From: Candidatus Omnitrophota bacterium
GTDB lineage: Bacteria > Omnitrophota > Omnitrophia > Omnitrophales > Aquincolibacteriaceae
DNA: 64,000 nucleotides
Direction of reading: 5' to 3'
NCBI GenBank assembly: GCA_023247035.1
Contig: JAHFHG010000005.1
Coordinates: 7,515-71,514 of the forward strand
Numbering within the stretch: position 1 is the stretch's first letter; the number at the start of each line of letters is the position of its first letter. The notes beneath the pieces were generated by a model, which was given only the letters and a program-made list of their open reading frames with translations, searched no databases and had not been told where the DNA came from. Below, in pieces: positions 16,292 through 27,597 of this stretch. The position numbers and the translations under genes are program-made.

Positions 16292-17557
16292 TCATTCTCT
16301 TTCCCGGTGGATCGACGCCCCTAAGAAAGAAAATTTTGTTTCCAGCTTTTCATATCCCCTGTCCAGGTGATAAACGCGGTGGACTTCCGTCGTCCCCTCC
16401 GCGACAAGCGCTGCAAGAACAAGGGCCGCGCTCGCCCTGAGATCCGAGGCCATCACGGGCGCGCCGCTCAAGCGCTTCACCCCGTGGACAATGGCGCTGT
16501 TGCCCTCCAGAAAAATTTTAGAGCCCATCCGGTTCAATTCGCTGACGTGCATAAAACGGTCGGGATAAATTTTTTCCGTAATCACGCTGATCCCGGGCGT
16601 GATTGACATTAAGGCCATCATCTGCGCCTGAAGGTCGGTAGGGAAACCCGGATAAGGCAACGTCGTCACATCGACCGGTTTCAGGCGGCCGTTGCGCCTG
16701 ACCCGCAGCGTCATTTTCCCTTTATCGATACGCACGCCCGATTGTCTCAATTTATCGGCCACCGCATGAGTATGAGCCGGTTCTGTTTTCTTGATCAGAA
16801 CATCCCCGCCGGTCATGGCAGCCGCAAAAAGATACGTCCCGGCTTCGATCCGGTCCGGGATCACCGCAAACCGTATCCCCCGCAATTTTTTAACCCCTTC
16901 AATTTCGAGGATCGGCGATCCTTCCCCGATAATTTTTGCGCCCATCTTTTTTAAAAACCGCGCCAGATCCACCACCTCAGGCTCGCAGGCCGCGTTTTCA
17001 ATCGTGGTCTTGCCTTGCGCCAGCACCGCCGCCATCATGACGTTGCCGGTCGCAAGCACGGAAGATCCGAAGGAACCTCCGAGAAAAATATCCGCGCCCC
17101 TTAACTTCTTGGGCGCCCTGGCATTGACATAACCGTGCTGGATTTCGACCTGCGCGCCCAGGGCCTCCAGTCCTTTAATATGCAAATCGATCGGGCGAGG
17201 GCCGATAATGCACCCGCCGGGGATCGAAACTTCCGCCTGTCCCATTCTCGCAAGGAGCGGCCCCATCACGCAAACCGAGGCGCGCATCGTGCTTACCAGC
17301 TTGTACGGCGCCACGGGATTGAGATTTTTTCCGGGCTTGACGGTCACCGTTCCGTTTTCATACTGGGCCTTTGCGCCAAGCGCCCTCAAAAGCCGCAGCA
17401 TGGTTTGGATGTCCCTTAAATCCGGAACATTTTCAATGACCGACTCTTCTTCGCTCAGAAGGCTGGCCGCAATGATCGGAAGGGCTGAATTTTTAGCGCC
17501 GGAAATTGCAACCTCGCCCTTGAGTTTCCGCCCGCCGGTAATGACAATTTTATCCAT
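16292..17557 (-). CDS. murA: UDP-N-acetylglucosamine 1-carboxyvinyltransferase
   Basis: 421 aa, full-length MurA. Confidence 0.9.
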   Translation of the reverse strand: MDKIVITGGRKLKGEVAISGAKNSALPIIAASLLSEEESVIENVPDLRDIQTMLRLLRALGAKAQYENGTVTVKPGKNLNPVAPYKLVSTMRASVCVMGPLLARMGQAEVSIPGGCIIGPRPIDLHIKGLEALGAQVEIQHGYVNARAPKKLRGADIFLGGSFGSSVLATGNVMMAAVLAQGKTTIENAACEPEVVDLARFLKKMGAKIIGEGSPILEIEGVKKLRGIRFAVIPDRIEAGTYLFAAAMTGGDVLIKKTEPAHTHAVADKLRQSGVRIDKGKMTLRVRRNGRLKPVDVTTLPYPGFPTDLQAQMMALMSITPGISVITEKIYPDRFMHVSELNRMGSKIFLEGNSAIVHGVKRLSGAPVMASDLRASAALVLAALVAEGTTEVHRVYHLDRGYEKLETKFSFLGASIHRERE

Positions 17558-17566
17558 GAATCATTT

Positions 17567-18499
17567 TCAACAATTGGCCTGCCCCATTAAAACCCGCTCG
17601 ATCTTGCTGTAATCTTGAAAGATCCGTATTTCCTTAAAGGAGTTCCTTTGCATTCTTTCGGCCACGCTTGCCGCCTGCCCTTGGCCGACCTCCACCGCAA
17701 GCCATCCTCCGGGATTTAAAAATTCCGCCGCCTCGCGAAGGATGCGGTCGTAAAAGACCAGTCCGTCTTCACCGCCATCCAAGGCCTGCCGGGGCTCAAA
17801 AAAAATTTCAGGTTCTACGCTTTCCCAGTCCCGTCTTGAAAGATACGGAGGATTGGAAACAATGGCATCCCACTTTTTCGGATTTACCTTAGAAACGTTT
17901 CGCGCGGCTTCGAACAAATCCGAACGCAGAATTTCCGAACGGGCTAAAAGACCGTAACGGGCTAAATTTTTGCCCGTAATCTGAAGCGCGGCTTCGGAAA
18001 TATCCAAGAAAGTCGCGCGGGCATTCTGAAAATAGCGCAAAAGCGCAATCCCAATCGCGCCGGAGCCGCACCCCAAGTCCAAAAACCGAAAACTTTTTTC
18101 TTTAGAAAATCCGGCGACGTCGATAAAACGCTCGACCAAAACTTCGGTTTCAGGACGCGGGATTAAGCACCCTTCGCGGACTTCAAGATATTCATTCCAA
18201 AAATACGCCCCGCCCGAAATATAAGCGGAAGGGATCCTCTTTTTCCGGAGCCGGATCCACTGCCGGTATTGCTTCAGATGTTTCGCCTCAACCGGCTGTT
18301 TGGCTTTAAGATAAAGGGCCGGCCTGGAGCAGCCCGATACTTCCCGAAGCAGCTTCTCAGCTTCCGCGGCCGCTTCTTGAATTCCAAGAAATTCCAGTTC
18401 TTTTTTTCCCCACTCGAGAATTTCTTCGATACTAAAGGATTGAAAGGGCGCGGGCTTGGAGAAAACCTTGGAAAGAGTTGCCTGAAAGAGAGGATTCAT
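17567..18499 (-). CDS. prmC: release factor glutamine N5-methyltransferase
   Basis: NPPY motif (IVSNPPY); immediately downstream of prfA with a 4-nt overlap. Confidence 0.85.
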   Translation of the reverse strand: MNPLFQATLSKVFSKPAPFQSFSIEEILEWGKKELEFLGIQEAAAEAEKLLREVSGCSRPALYLKAKQPVEAKHLKQYRQWIRLRKKRIPSAYISGGAYFWNEYLEVREGCLIPRPETEVLVERFIDVAGFSKEKSFRFLDLGCGSGAIGIALLRYFQNARATFLDISEAALQITGKNLARYGLLARSEILRSDLFEAARNVSKVNPKKWDAIVSNPPYLSRRDWESVEPEIFFEPRQALDGGEDGLVFYDRILREAAEFLNPGGWLAVEVGQGQAASVAERMQRNSFKEIRIFQDYSKIERVLMGQANC

Positions 18500-19578
18500 G
18501 CGGCATCCGTCAGTTTCCGCTCTTTTTCACTTTTTTCCAGAGCCTGGATCAGCTCGTCCAAATGGCCGTCTAAAATATCATCCAAGCTGTGCAAAGTCAA
18601 ACCGATTCGATGGTCCGTAACCCGTTGATCGGGAAAGTTATAAGTGCGGATTTTTCCGGAGCGGTCGCCGGTTCCGACCTGCTCTTTACGCTGCTTGGCG
18701 ATTTCGCGCTGATGCTTCTGCTGCATTTCATCATAAAGCCTCGCCCTTAAAACGCGCAGGGCCTTGGTTTTATTCTTGTGCTGGGAGCGCTCATCCTGGC
18801 AGCTGACCACAAGCCCGCTCGGCAGGTGTGTAATCCGGACCGCGGACTCCGTTTTATTCACATGCTGGCCGCCAGCGCCCGAAGCCCGGAAAACATCGAT
18901 CTTCAGATCTTTCATATCGATTTCCACTTCCGTCTCATCCGCTTCAGGGAGCACCGCAACGGTAACCGCCGAAGTATGAATGCGGCCGCTGGATTCCGTT
19001 TCGGGCACGCGCTGCACCCGGTGGATCCCGCTTTCATACTTAAAAAATAAATAAGGCGATTTCCCCGCGACGCTGAAAATAACTTCTTTAAATCCTCCCT
19101 TGCCCGTCGGATTGGAACTCATCACCTCGAGTCCCAGCCCTCGATTCGATGCAAATTTCGAATACATTCTGAAGAGATCCGCGACAAACAGCGCCGCCTC
19201 TTCGCCGCCGGTCCCTGCGCGGATTTCAATAATACAGTCCCGGTTTGAGTTGGGATCGGAATCCTTGAGAAGACGGCCTTCGATCTCTTCGAGAATCCGG
19301 CTTTTCCGGGCCTCCAGGCTCTTTAATTCTTCTTCGTACAGTTTTTTCATCTCCAGATCCAAATCCCGCTCCCGCAATGCGTGCCCGATATCCGTTTCTT
19401 CCCTTTCAAGCTTAAGGTAGGCGTCGTAGCCTTCGGCGACCGGCCTTAATTCGGCAAGCTCCTTTGCAAACTTCTGATACCGGGACGGATCTTTCGCGGC
19501 CGCAGAATCCGAAAGTTCTTTTTCGAGCCCTGCGATTTTCTGCCTGATTTTTTCAAGACGGCTCAAAAGCTTTGTCAT
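18496..19578 (-). CDS. prfA: peptide chain release factor 1
   Basis: GGQHVN motif and the RF1 PxT-type domain; uninterrupted, so no RF2-style frameshift. Confidence 0.9.
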   Translation of the reverse strand: MTKLLSRLEKIRQKIAGLEKELSDSAAAKDPSRYQKFAKELAELRPVAEGYDAYLKLEREETDIGHALRERDLDLEMKKLYEEELKSLEARKSRILEEIEGRLLKDSDPNSNRDCIIEIRAGTGGEEAALFVADLFRMYSKFASNRGLGLEVMSSNPTGKGGFKEVIFSVAGKSPYLFFKYESGIHRVQRVPETESSGRIHTSAVTVAVLPEADETEVEIDMKDLKIDVFRASGAGGQHVNKTESAVRITHLPSGLVVSCQDERSQHKNKTKALRVLRARLYDEMQQKHQREIAKQRKEQVGTGDRSGKIRTYNFPDQRVTDHRIGLTLHSLDDILDGHLDELIQALEKSEKERKLTDAA

Positions 19579-19608
19579 GCCCGCAGATGCTTCCGTGATT
19601 GCAATCGC

Positions 19609-19917
19609 TTATTCGGTTTCTTTTTTGAGATCTTTCAGAGAAGTTTTGAGCGGGAGTTTTTCTTTTGCCGGCGCCGCGGCGGACTTTTTCGTTTTTTTCT
19701 GAGTGCCCAAAGCCACGCGGGAGCCGAATTTTTTCTGAAACCGGTCAATGCGCCCTGCGGTGTCCATCAATTTTTGCTTGCCCGTAAAAAAGGGGTGGCA
19801 GGCGGAGCAGATTTCGACCTGAACCACTCCTTGAAGCGTGCCCTGGGTTTCAATCACGTTGCCGCACGCGCAATGAATGGACGCGTGGCCGTATTTGGGA
19901 TGAATGTCTTGTTTCAT
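19609..19917 (-). CDS. rpmE: 50S ribosomal protein L31 (Zn-ribbon type) with Lys-rich C-terminal extension
   Basis: MKQDIHPKY start, CxxC...CxxC; about 35 extra basic residues at the C-terminus. Confidence 0.85.
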   Translation of the reverse strand: MKQDIHPKYGHASIHCACGNVIETQGTLQGVVQVEICSACHPFFTGKQKLMDTAGRIDRFQKKFGSRVALGTQKKTKKSAAAPAKEKLPLKTSLKDLKKETE

Positions 19918-19967
19918 CGTTTATTCTCCGTTTTAAATTTCCGCGCACGGATTTTCTCCGCGCCGGA

Positions 19968-21353
19968 TTATTTGTCCATCTTATTCATGCTCATCAAGAA
20001 TTCGGCGTTCGTTTTTGTTTTGGAAAGCCGGTCCACAAGAAGCTCCATCGCCTCGGCGGGATTGAGTTCGTTTAAAACCTTCCGCAGCAGCCACACGCGG
20101 TTCAGCTCGTCGGGGTGCATCAGAATGTCTTCTTTGCGCGTGTTGGATTTCTTCACGTCAATCGACGGGTAGATCCGCTTCTGGAACAGGTTACGGTCAA
20201 GCTGGAGCTCCATATTGCCCGTCCCTTTGAACTCCTCGAAAATAACCTCGTCCATCCGCGAGCCCGTATCCACCAAGGCCGTGGCGATGATCGTCAAGCT
20301 CCCGCCTTCTTCGATATTGCGGGCCGCGCCGAAAAACCGCTTCGGTTTGTGGAGCGCGCTCGAATCCACTCCGCCGGAAAGAATTTTGCCGGAGTGCGGG
20401 ACGACAGTATTGTAAGCGCGCGCAAGACGCGTGATGCTGTCCAAGAGAATGACCACGTCGCGCTTGTGCTCGACAAGCCGCTTGGCCTTTTCCAAGACGA
20501 CTTCGGCCACTTGAACGTGACGCTCCGCGGGCTCGTCAAAGGTGGAGGAAATCACTTCTCCCTTCACCGAACGCTGCATATCCGTCACTTCTTCTGGCCT
20601 TTCGTCGATCAGAAGCACGATCAAGTAAGCTTCCGGATGATTGCGGGTAATGCTGTTGGCGAGCTTTTGCAAAAGGATCGTTTTACCGCTGTAAGGCGGG
20701 GCCACGATCAATCCGCGCTGGCCGCAGCCGATCGGCGTCAAAAGATCCATCACGCGCATTGAGATTTCATCGTGCGTGGTCTCGAGCATGATTCTTTTTT
20801 CCGGATAAAGCGGCGTCAGATTATCGAAAGCGATCTTATCCTTGACGCTTTCCGGATCTTCGAAGTTCACCGCTTCCACCTTCAGAAGGGCGAAGTAACG
20901 CTCCCCTTCCTTGGGCGGGCGGATGTGGCCGCTTACGGTGTCACCCGTGCGCAGATTAAACCTCCGGATCTGGCTTGGGGAAACGTAAATATCGTCGGGA
21001 GAAGGAAGATAATTATAATTGGGCGAGCGCAAAAACCCGAATCCGTCCTGCAGGATTTCCAGGACTCCCTCTCCAAACATAAGCCCAGACCGCTCGGCCT
21101 GCGCCTGCAGGATCTTAAAAATAAGATCCTGCTTTTTAATCCCCGAGGTCGGGCCGATATTGAATTTCCGGGCCAGCTCATGAAGCTCATTGACCTTGAG
21201 CCGTTTCAGGCCCGCGACGTCAAAGGTTTTTTCGCCGGGCTGCGGCGCGCGGATCTGAACATCCGCATCGTCACCGTTCATTCCATTCACCGGACGGTTC
21301 GCCCCGGCAGCAGGATCTATTTTCTTCGTTGAGTGCATCTTTTCTTTAGCCAT
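19968..21353 (-). CDS. rho: transcription termination factor Rho
   Basis: 461 aa; OB/CSD-like domain plus RecA-like ATPase with Walker A; N-terminal insertion. Confidence 0.9.
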   Translation of the reverse strand: MAKEKMHSTKKIDPAAGANRPVNGMNGDDADVQIRAPQPGEKTFDVAGLKRLKVNELHELARKFNIGPTSGIKKQDLIFKILQAQAERSGLMFGEGVLEILQDGFGFLRSPNYNYLPSPDDIYVSPSQIRRFNLRTGDTVSGHIRPPKEGERYFALLKVEAVNFEDPESVKDKIAFDNLTPLYPEKRIMLETTHDEISMRVMDLLTPIGCGQRGLIVAPPYSGKTILLQKLANSITRNHPEAYLIVLLIDERPEEVTDMQRSVKGEVISSTFDEPAERHVQVAEVVLEKAKRLVEHKRDVVILLDSITRLARAYNTVVPHSGKILSGGVDSSALHKPKRFFGAARNIEEGGSLTIIATALVDTGSRMDEVIFEEFKGTGNMELQLDRNLFQKRIYPSIDVKKSNTRKEDILMHPDELNRVWLLRKVLNELNPAEAMELLVDRLSKTKTNAEFLMSMNKMDK

Positions 21354-21359
21354 CTTCTT

Positions 21360-21989
21360 TTATGATCTCCTTTCAAAAACGGGACGTAGAGACTTCCAAA
21401 TTTTTTTCACTTCCCGTCGGGTTTGTTGGTAGTTTCCAGAATTATCGATAACAAAATCAGAACGTTTCTTTTTTTCTTCAGCGGCCAGCTGAGCCTTTTG
21501 ACGGGCTTCGATTTCCGCCGGCGTGTATCCTTTTTGCTTAAGCCGTCCGTACACCGATTTTACAGGCGCGGTGACGGCCACGGTTTTATCGCAAAAACGG
21601 TCAAAACCGCTTTCGTAGAGCAAAGGCGCTTCGACCGCGATGATTTTCTCCCCGGCCTTTTCAATCTCCCGCCGGATTCGATCCAGCACGTAAGGATGAA
21701 TGGCCGCTTCCAGCTTTTTTCGCCGCCGGGGGTTTTTAAAGACAAGCCGCGCCATTTTTTTACGGTCGACCCTTCCCTTGGCGTCACAGGCCTCTTGAAA
21801 TTGCCTTACGATTTGCGGATAGACCGGCGAATTTTTGCGAAGGGCTTGGTGAGCCCATTTATCGGCATCAATGACGCGCGCCCCAAGCTCTCCGAAAAAA
21901 CGCGCCGCCGTGCTTTTGCCGGATCCAAAATCCCCCGTAATCCCCACAATCACCTTGCCGGAATTTTTCGGATTCAGTTTTTGTACCAT
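21360..21989 (-). CDS. coaE: dephospho-CoA kinase
   Basis: P-loop GITGDFGSGKST; 209 aa. Confidence 0.85.
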   Translation of the reverse strand: MVQKLNPKNSGKVIVGITGDFGSGKSTAARFFGELGARVIDADKWAHQALRKNSPVYPQIVRQFQEACDAKGRVDRKKMARLVFKNPRRRKKLEAAIHPYVLDRIRREIEKAGEKIIAVEAPLLYESGFDRFCDKTVAVTAPVKSVYGRLKQKGYTPAEIEARQKAQLAAEEKKKRSDFVIDNSGNYQQTRREVKKIWKSLRPVFERRS

Positions 21990-24718
21990 GAATCGCCGAC
22001 AAAAATATCCGCCCGCAGCGGCACGCGGAGTTGATAAGACTCTTCCATTTCCTTTTTGACCAAAGCCGTGAGGTTTCCGGATTCGCCGGCAAGCATATCA
22101 AAGACCAGCTCGTCGTGGACCTGCATAATCATCAGGCTCTCGAGGCCTTCGCTTTCAAGCCGGTTCTGGATCGCAATCATCGCAAGCTTGATCAAATCCG
22201 CGGCGGAACCCTGGATCGGAGCATTGATTGCGGCGCGTTCGGCAAACTGGCGAAGCTGCAGGTTCTTGGAATGGATCTCGGGAAAATAAGAACGGCGCCC
22301 GAGAAGGGTTTCTAAATAACCGTTTTTGCGGGCCAGCTCTTTTTGATTTTCCAGATAATCTTTGACGGCCCGGTAGCGCTGAAAATAACTTTCAATGAAC
22401 CCGTCGGCCTCGGAAACCGAAATCCCTAGATCTTGAGACAAACCGAACGGGGTTTTGCCGTAAATAATGCTGAAGTTAATGGTCTTCGCGGCATTGCGCA
22501 TTTCGCGCGTGACGTCCGCTTCCTTGACGCCGTAAAGCAGGACCGCCGTGAATTTGTGAATGTCGCGGTCCTCGCCAAACGCCTCGGTCAAGTTCTCGTC
22601 TCCCGAAAGATGGGCGAGGATCCGGAGCTCGATTTGAGAATAGTCCGCCGAAAGGATCTTCCGCGGCCCCTTTTTATCCGGGCGGGGGATAAAGGCCTTG
22701 CGAATCATCCGTCCGGTTTCGGTGCGGATCGGAATGTTTTGAAGATTGGGGTCAGAACTGGAAAGCCGCCCGGTCACGGTCGTGGTTTGATTGTAAGAAG
22801 TGTGCACAAGTCCCGTGCGAGGCGAAATCATTTCGGGAAGCGCGTCAAGATACGTGGATTTAAGCTTGGCCTTCTCGCGGTATTCCAAAATTTTTTTCGG
22901 CATCTCGTAGTCCGGCGACAATTTTTCAAGCACGTTCACGTCGGTGGAATAGCCGGTTTTGGTCCGGCGGACGACGGGCAGTTTCAACTTCTCAAAAAGC
23001 ACTTCGGATAACTGTTTCGGTGAGTTGATATTGAATTCCTCTCCGGCCAGGGAAAAAATTTCGCGCGTCAGAAGCTCGAGGTCGCGGCCCGCCTCGCCCG
23101 AGAGCTTCTTTAAAAGATCACGGTCAAGGCTCACGCCGTTCATTTCCATTTTGGCAAGCACTTCCACAAGCGGCATTTCCACTTCCCTATAAAGCTTCAT
23201 CAAGCCCAACTCCTCGAGCTTCTGCCTCAAAAGAGGCGCAAGCCGGAACACGCAGTCCGCGTCCTCGCAGGCGTAAGGCGAAATCTGCTCGAGCGGGACC
23301 TCGGCCATTGTAATTTGAGCCTTGCCTTTCCCGATTAAGGATTGTGTCGTGATCTTGCGGACGCCCAAAAACTCCAGGGTAATTTCATCCAAATTGTGGT
23401 TCAGCTTGATGGGATTGGCCAGGTAGCTTGCGACCATCGTATCCAATTCAATGCCCCGGATTGTGATCCCGAGTTTTTTCATCACGATCCAATCGTATTT
23501 AATGTTTTGCCCGTACTTTTTTTGTTTGGGATTCTCGAGGACCGGCTTTAAACCGCTTAAAACTTTTTCGATAGGGAGCCCGGAACCTTGATGTTCCTTG
23601 GGAAAAGAAACAGGAATGTAATAAGCGCGGAAAGGATCCCACGCAAAACTCAGGCCCACAAGCGCGGCCGAGACCGGATCTTCGGCGGTCGTTTCCGTAT
23701 CAAAACTAAAGGCCTCGGCCTTCTTCAGTTTGGCAATAAATTCTTCCAGTTCCTTTTCTGTCTGGACCGGCTGATAAGACCTTTGCTCTTCCTGAACGGC
23801 GCCGGCCGGCGTCACTTCCTTCAAAAAGGCGCGGAATTCAAAGCGTTTATAAAATTCGCTCAGGCCCTCCCGGTCGGGCTCGGTCATTTGGAGTTGGCCC
23901 CAGTTAAGTTCTATCGGCGCGTTCGTGTCAATCGTGGCGAGCTCTTTGGAAAGGCGGATCTTCTCGATATTCGATTTCAAAAGTTCCTGCTGGGTTTTGG
24001 ATTGAATTTTTCCAAGATCGCGGATGAGATTTTCTACGGATCCAAATTGTTGAATGAGCTTGAGGGCTGTTTTTTCGCCGACGCCTGAAACGCCGGGGAT
24101 ATTATCGGAGGCATCTCCCATTAAGGCCATCACATCGACGACCTTTTCAGGGCCCAATCCTTCGAAACGTTCCTTCACCTTTTGGGAATCGTAAATCCGG
24201 CTTTCCTTGTGAGGATTCAAAACTTTAATGTGCTCGCTTACAAGCTGCATTGCGTCTTTGTCTGCCGTGACGATGAAAATTTCATACCCTTTCTTTTCCG
24301 CTTTGACGGCAAGCGTCCCGATCAAATCGTCGGCCTCATAGCCCGGCATTTCATAAATTGCAAAACCCGAGAGGCGGCAAAATTTTTTAATCGGCTCAAT
24401 CTGCGAGACCAAATCTTCGGGCATCGGCTTGCGGTGCGCCTTGTAATCTTTAAACCGCTCGTGGCGGAATGTCGGCTCGTGCCGGTCAAAGCAGATCGCA
24501 ATGCTGTGAGGCGCCTCCTCTTTGAAGAGCTTGCGCAGCATCGTGATAAATCCATAAAGGGCGTTAGTCGGTTCTCCTTTGGAATTCGAAAGTGACCGGA
24601 TCGCGTAATAAGCCCGGTAGCAAAAAGAGTTTCCGTCCACCAAAAGGAGTTTCTTGAGGGACGTTTCTTGGAGCGCTTTTGGGGACGGTTCGTGTCCGTT
24701 ATGCTGGGTCCGTTTCAT
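21974..24718 (-). CDS. polA: DNA polymerase I (5'-3' exo, 3'-5' exo and polymerase domains)
   Basis: 914 aa; 3'-5' exo motif FDTETT present; family A polymerase motifs. Confidence 0.92.
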   Translation of the reverse strand: MKRTQHNGHEPSPKALQETSLKKLLLVDGNSFCYRAYYAIRSLSNSKGEPTNALYGFITMLRKLFKEEAPHSIAICFDRHEPTFRHERFKDYKAHRKPMPEDLVSQIEPIKKFCRLSGFAIYEMPGYEADDLIGTLAVKAEKKGYEIFIVTADKDAMQLVSEHIKVLNPHKESRIYDSQKVKERFEGLGPEKVVDVMALMGDASDNIPGVSGVGEKTALKLIQQFGSVENLIRDLGKIQSKTQQELLKSNIEKIRLSKELATIDTNAPIELNWGQLQMTEPDREGLSEFYKRFEFRAFLKEVTPAGAVQEEQRSYQPVQTEKELEEFIAKLKKAEAFSFDTETTAEDPVSAALVGLSFAWDPFRAYYIPVSFPKEHQGSGLPIEKVLSGLKPVLENPKQKKYGQNIKYDWIVMKKLGITIRGIELDTMVASYLANPIKLNHNLDEITLEFLGVRKITTQSLIGKGKAQITMAEVPLEQISPYACEDADCVFRLAPLLRQKLEELGLMKLYREVEMPLVEVLAKMEMNGVSLDRDLLKKLSGEAGRDLELLTREIFSLAGEEFNINSPKQLSEVLFEKLKLPVVRRTKTGYSTDVNVLEKLSPDYEMPKKILEYREKAKLKSTYLDALPEMISPRTGLVHTSYNQTTTVTGRLSSSDPNLQNIPIRTETGRMIRKAFIPRPDKKGPRKILSADYSQIELRILAHLSGDENLTEAFGEDRDIHKFTAVLLYGVKEADVTREMRNAAKTINFSIIYGKTPFGLSQDLGISVSEADGFIESYFQRYRAVKDYLENQKELARKNGYLETLLGRRSYFPEIHSKNLQLRQFAERAAINAPIQGSAADLIKLAMIAIQNRLESEGLESLMIMQVHDELVFDMLAGESGNLTALVKKEMEESYQLRVPLRADIFVGDSWYKN

Positions 24719-24994
24719 TTCAAAGGGGCAAAGAGTTCGGCAGGATTCATTTTTTCGATTGTATGGCTAATAAGCGAAAATAGTGAGGCTTTCTTCTTCA
24801 AATTTGAATTAGGGATTCAAAGCTTTTTGCGTGGATTCTTGGATTGGCTTTCCCAAAACGCGGGCTTAAGATACCCGAATTGTTCTCTGCGGTCAAGGAT
24901 TTTGTTTTGGTTTGTCCTTTATTAATCCTTACCGCAGCCGGTTATAAATACGGCTTCTTACTTAAAAAGAAGAATTGGCGGTATAGCGAAAAGC

Positions 24995-26071
24995 CTACTT
25001 TTTCCCCGACACCGCGGTACGGGAAGCGCGCTCGGCAAGTTCGCGCGGATCCTGGGCCGCATCAATCATCGAGTCGTAGCTGATCATCCCGGCCTGATAC
25101 ATTTCCTTCAAATGATCGTCCAGCGCTTTCATCCCGAACCGGGTTCCTGTTTGAATTTCCGAGACCACTTGATACGTTTTTCCTTCGCGGATCAGATTGC
25201 GGATCGCGGGCGTGGCGATCATAATTTCAAACGCGCAGATGCGGCCGGAGGTATCAATGCGCGGAAGCAGGGTCTGAGAGACCACAGCGACAAGGGTTGA
25301 AGCCAGCTGGATCTTGACTTGCGCCTGCTGGCCGGACGGGAACACGTCAATAATTCTGTCCACGGTCCTGGCCGCGCCCGTGGTGTGAAGCGTGGAGAAG
25401 ACAAGATGCCCGGTCTCGGCCGCGCGGATCGCCGATTCCATCGTCGCAATGTCGCGCATTTCACCGATTAAAATGACGTCCGGGTCTTGGCGGAGCGCCT
25501 TGATCACCGCCTCGGAAAAACTGGGCACGTCCTCGCCCACTTCGCGCTGGGTGACAATGGACTTTTTGTGCGGATGCATAAATTCGATAGGATCTTCCAC
25601 CGTAATAATGTGCTTCGCGTAATTTTCATTGATGTGATTGAGCATGGTGGCAAGCGAGGTTGTCTTTCCCGATCCGGTAGGCCCGGTGACGAGAATAAGC
25701 CCGCGGGGGCGCGAGAGAAGTTCCTTAAGCTGCGCCGGAAGCCCGATCTGTTCAAATGTATAAAAACGGTTAGGGAGCTGGCGGAGGACCATCGCAAAAG
25801 TTCCCTTTTGCTTGTAGCAGGAAACGCGGAAACGCGCGTTTTCATTATACGAAAAACCAAAATCAATCCCGCCCACTTCCTCGATTTTTTTGCGCTGTTC
25901 CTCCGTGGTAATTTCCCGCGCCAGGGATTCCGTTTCCTGCGGCGTGAGCGGTTTATCGTCCATCGACACAATCGCTCCGTGAATACGCAGGGACCGCGGA
26001 CGGCCCACGCTTAAATGAATATCCGAGGCCTGTTTTTCGATCGCATCATTCAAAATCGCTTCAATGGGCAT
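24995..26071 (-). CDS. pilT: type IV pilus retraction ATPase PilT (twitching motility protein)
   Basis: 358 aa; PilT N-terminal consensus, Walker A GPTGSGKTT, His-box/Asp-box region. Confidence 0.85.
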   Translation of the reverse strand: MPIEAILNDAIEKQASDIHLSVGRPRSLRIHGAIVSMDDKPLTPQETESLAREITTEEQRKKIEEVGGIDFGFSYNENARFRVSCYKQKGTFAMVLRQLPNRFYTFEQIGLPAQLKELLSRPRGLILVTGPTGSGKTTSLATMLNHINENYAKHIITVEDPIEFMHPHKKSIVTQREVGEDVPSFSEAVIKALRQDPDVILIGEMRDIATMESAIRAAETGHLVFSTLHTTGAARTVDRIIDVFPSGQQAQVKIQLASTLVAVVSQTLLPRIDTSGRICAFEIMIATPAIRNLIREGKTYQVVSEIQTGTRFGMKALDDHLKEMYQAGMISYDSMIDAAQDPRELAERASRTAVSGKK

Positions 26072-26248
26072 ACGTTTTCTCCTCTTTTTTCAAAGTATAG
26101 CACGGCCGCGCGGAACCGCCAGGGGTTAAGGCAAAGCCGAAAGAAAAATTAAAAAGGCAAAAGGATAAAAAATTAAAGGCGGCAAATCCGCTTGGAATAT
26201 TTCGATTTCAACTTCCAGGTTGCGCTTTTTCCTTTTCGCTTTGCCTTT

Positions 26249-26800
26249 TTAAGGATTGATCCGGAAAATAGAAACGGCCTTCAAGATCAATGCAATGACA
26301 GCCGCTAGGAAAAATAAAAACGCCGGGCCTTCCCCGTTGCGCGGAAGCGGCGTCAAGGCCAAACGGCTCCTCACGCCTCGCAGCAAAATTTGAAAAAGCG
26401 AGGCCGCCGCGGCGAGCAACGCGGAAAAATAAACACAATCCCAAAAGCTCCGGCTTCTTTCCGCAGCCAAAAAGGAAAATCCCGCGGCCGTGATATAGAA
26501 AGCCCAAGATTTTTTTTGCGTTCGCTGAAGCTCATAACCGAGAGGCAGGAGAAGCAGGATCAAGAATTCCCCGTTTCGGATTTTCTCCAAAGGCAGGACG
26601 GAAAGAATCCAGCGGCAAAGAACGGCCGCCAGCGCGCTGGCGGCAAAAATTTCGACGCCTTCTTTGATAATATGGAAAAAGTTTTTTAAAGAAATTTCTT
26701 CCCGTTTTTCCTTCTCCAAAGACATCAGCAGCCCGAGGCTGACCGCGGCAAAAAAGAGGCCGTTCACTTTACGATTTCCTTTCCCGGCTGGTTTTGCCAC
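26249..26800 (-). CDS. divergent RnfA/RnfE-family membrane subunit
   Basis: Polytopic membrane protein; C-terminal RSRLALTPLPRNGEGPAFLFFLAAVIAL resembles RnfA [21 protein letters not shown]. Confidence 0.35.
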   Translation of the reverse strand: MAKPAGKGNRKVNGLFFAAVSLGLLMSLEKEKREEISLKNFFHIIKEGVEIFAASALAAVLCRWILSVLPLEKIRNGEFLILLLLPLGYELQRTQKKSWAFYITAAGFSFLAAERSRSFWDCVYFSALLAAAASLFQILLRGVRSRLALTPLPRNGEGPAFLFFLAAVIALILKAVSIFRINP

Positions 26801-27285
26801 AGCCAGGCCGCAAACGCAATCAGAAATAAGACGCCGGCAGGTTGATCAAAAAAAAGAGTGCCTGCGTTCCTGAAAATTTCTCGGCTGACTCCAAGGTAAA
26901 TCAAAATCGCCGCAAAACCGATCCCCCTCGGCACCGCAGAGCCCGGGCTTGCGATCCAAGAATCCGGAGCGCTGAGTTTCAATTCCTTGATAAAATAAAA
27001 GGAGAGGAGCAACAGAAGGCTCAAAGCGCAAAAAGGGCTAAGGCCCTCGCCGGCGGTATACGTGAGAGCCGCTTCTGTCCACGCCGCAATCCAAAGGACG
27101 ATTGAGATTCCCAGCCCTTTTTTAGGAAACAGAGGCCGGCTTACTTTGAAAAAAAATATCGTGAGCCAAAAAATTGATACGACAACCCCTGAGATTTTCA
27201 AGGCCGCAGAAAAAGAATCGGCTTTATCTAAAAGGGGGAGGGCGGCTAAAACTATATTTAAAAATGCCCGTTCACTGCTCTTCAT
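26764..27285 (-). CDS. divergent RnfE/RnfA-family membrane subunit
   Basis: GIGFAAILIYLGVSREIFRNAGTLF matches RnfE [24 protein letters not shown]; polytopic. Confidence 0.4.
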   Translation of the reverse strand: MKSSERAFLNIVLAALPLLDKADSFSAALKISGVVVSIFWLTIFFFKVSRPLFPKKGLGISIVLWIAAWTEAALTYTAGEGLSPFCALSLLLLLSFYFIKELKLSAPDSWIASPGSAVPRGIGFAAILIYLGVSREIFRNAGTLFFDQPAGVLFLIAFAAWLWQNQPGKEIVK

Positions 27286-27544
27286 AAGAAAGGCCGGGAG
27301 AATGTTCTTCCGACGCGGCTTGAAAATACCTCAGAAATTTTCGACTGACGGATGGATCGAGAAAAGATTCTTTATTCTTAACTTGAGTTCCGGGCGGCTC
27401 TTTTTGAAAAGCCGGCCCGTGTTTCGCGCGGGCTTCCAGACCGCTCGGGAATCGGAGCTCCCCGCCTTGTTTTAAAAATCGAACGAGATAAACGAGGCCG
27501 CCTAAGGCCGCAAGAAAAAGAATAAAAAATAAGCGGCGGAACAT
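27272..27544 (-). CDS. small membrane-anchored protein in Rnf cluster (RnfG position, no FMN-binding domain recognisable)
   Basis: Single N-terminal TM helix (MFRRLFFILFLAALGGLVYLV) plus a short soluble tail; start set to the internal Met. Confidence 0.25.
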   Translation of the reverse strand: MFRRLFFILFLAALGGLVYLVRFLKQGGELRFPSGLEARAKHGPAFQKEPPGTQVKNKESFLDPSVSRKFLRYFQAASEEHSPGLSYEEQ

Positions 27545-27597
27545 TTCGATGAAAAATTCCTTCGGCGGGAAAGTGAAAAAATGCGGCGGGCGCGTTT

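Noticed and set aside
18496-19578. Possible programmed +1 frameshift in the release factor gene
   Set aside because: This is RF1 (prfA), not RF2. The frame is continuous with no internal stop.
20115-20762. 215-aa plus-strand ORF
   Set aside because: Antisense to the highly conserved rho gene. Arg/His-rich composition; spurious.
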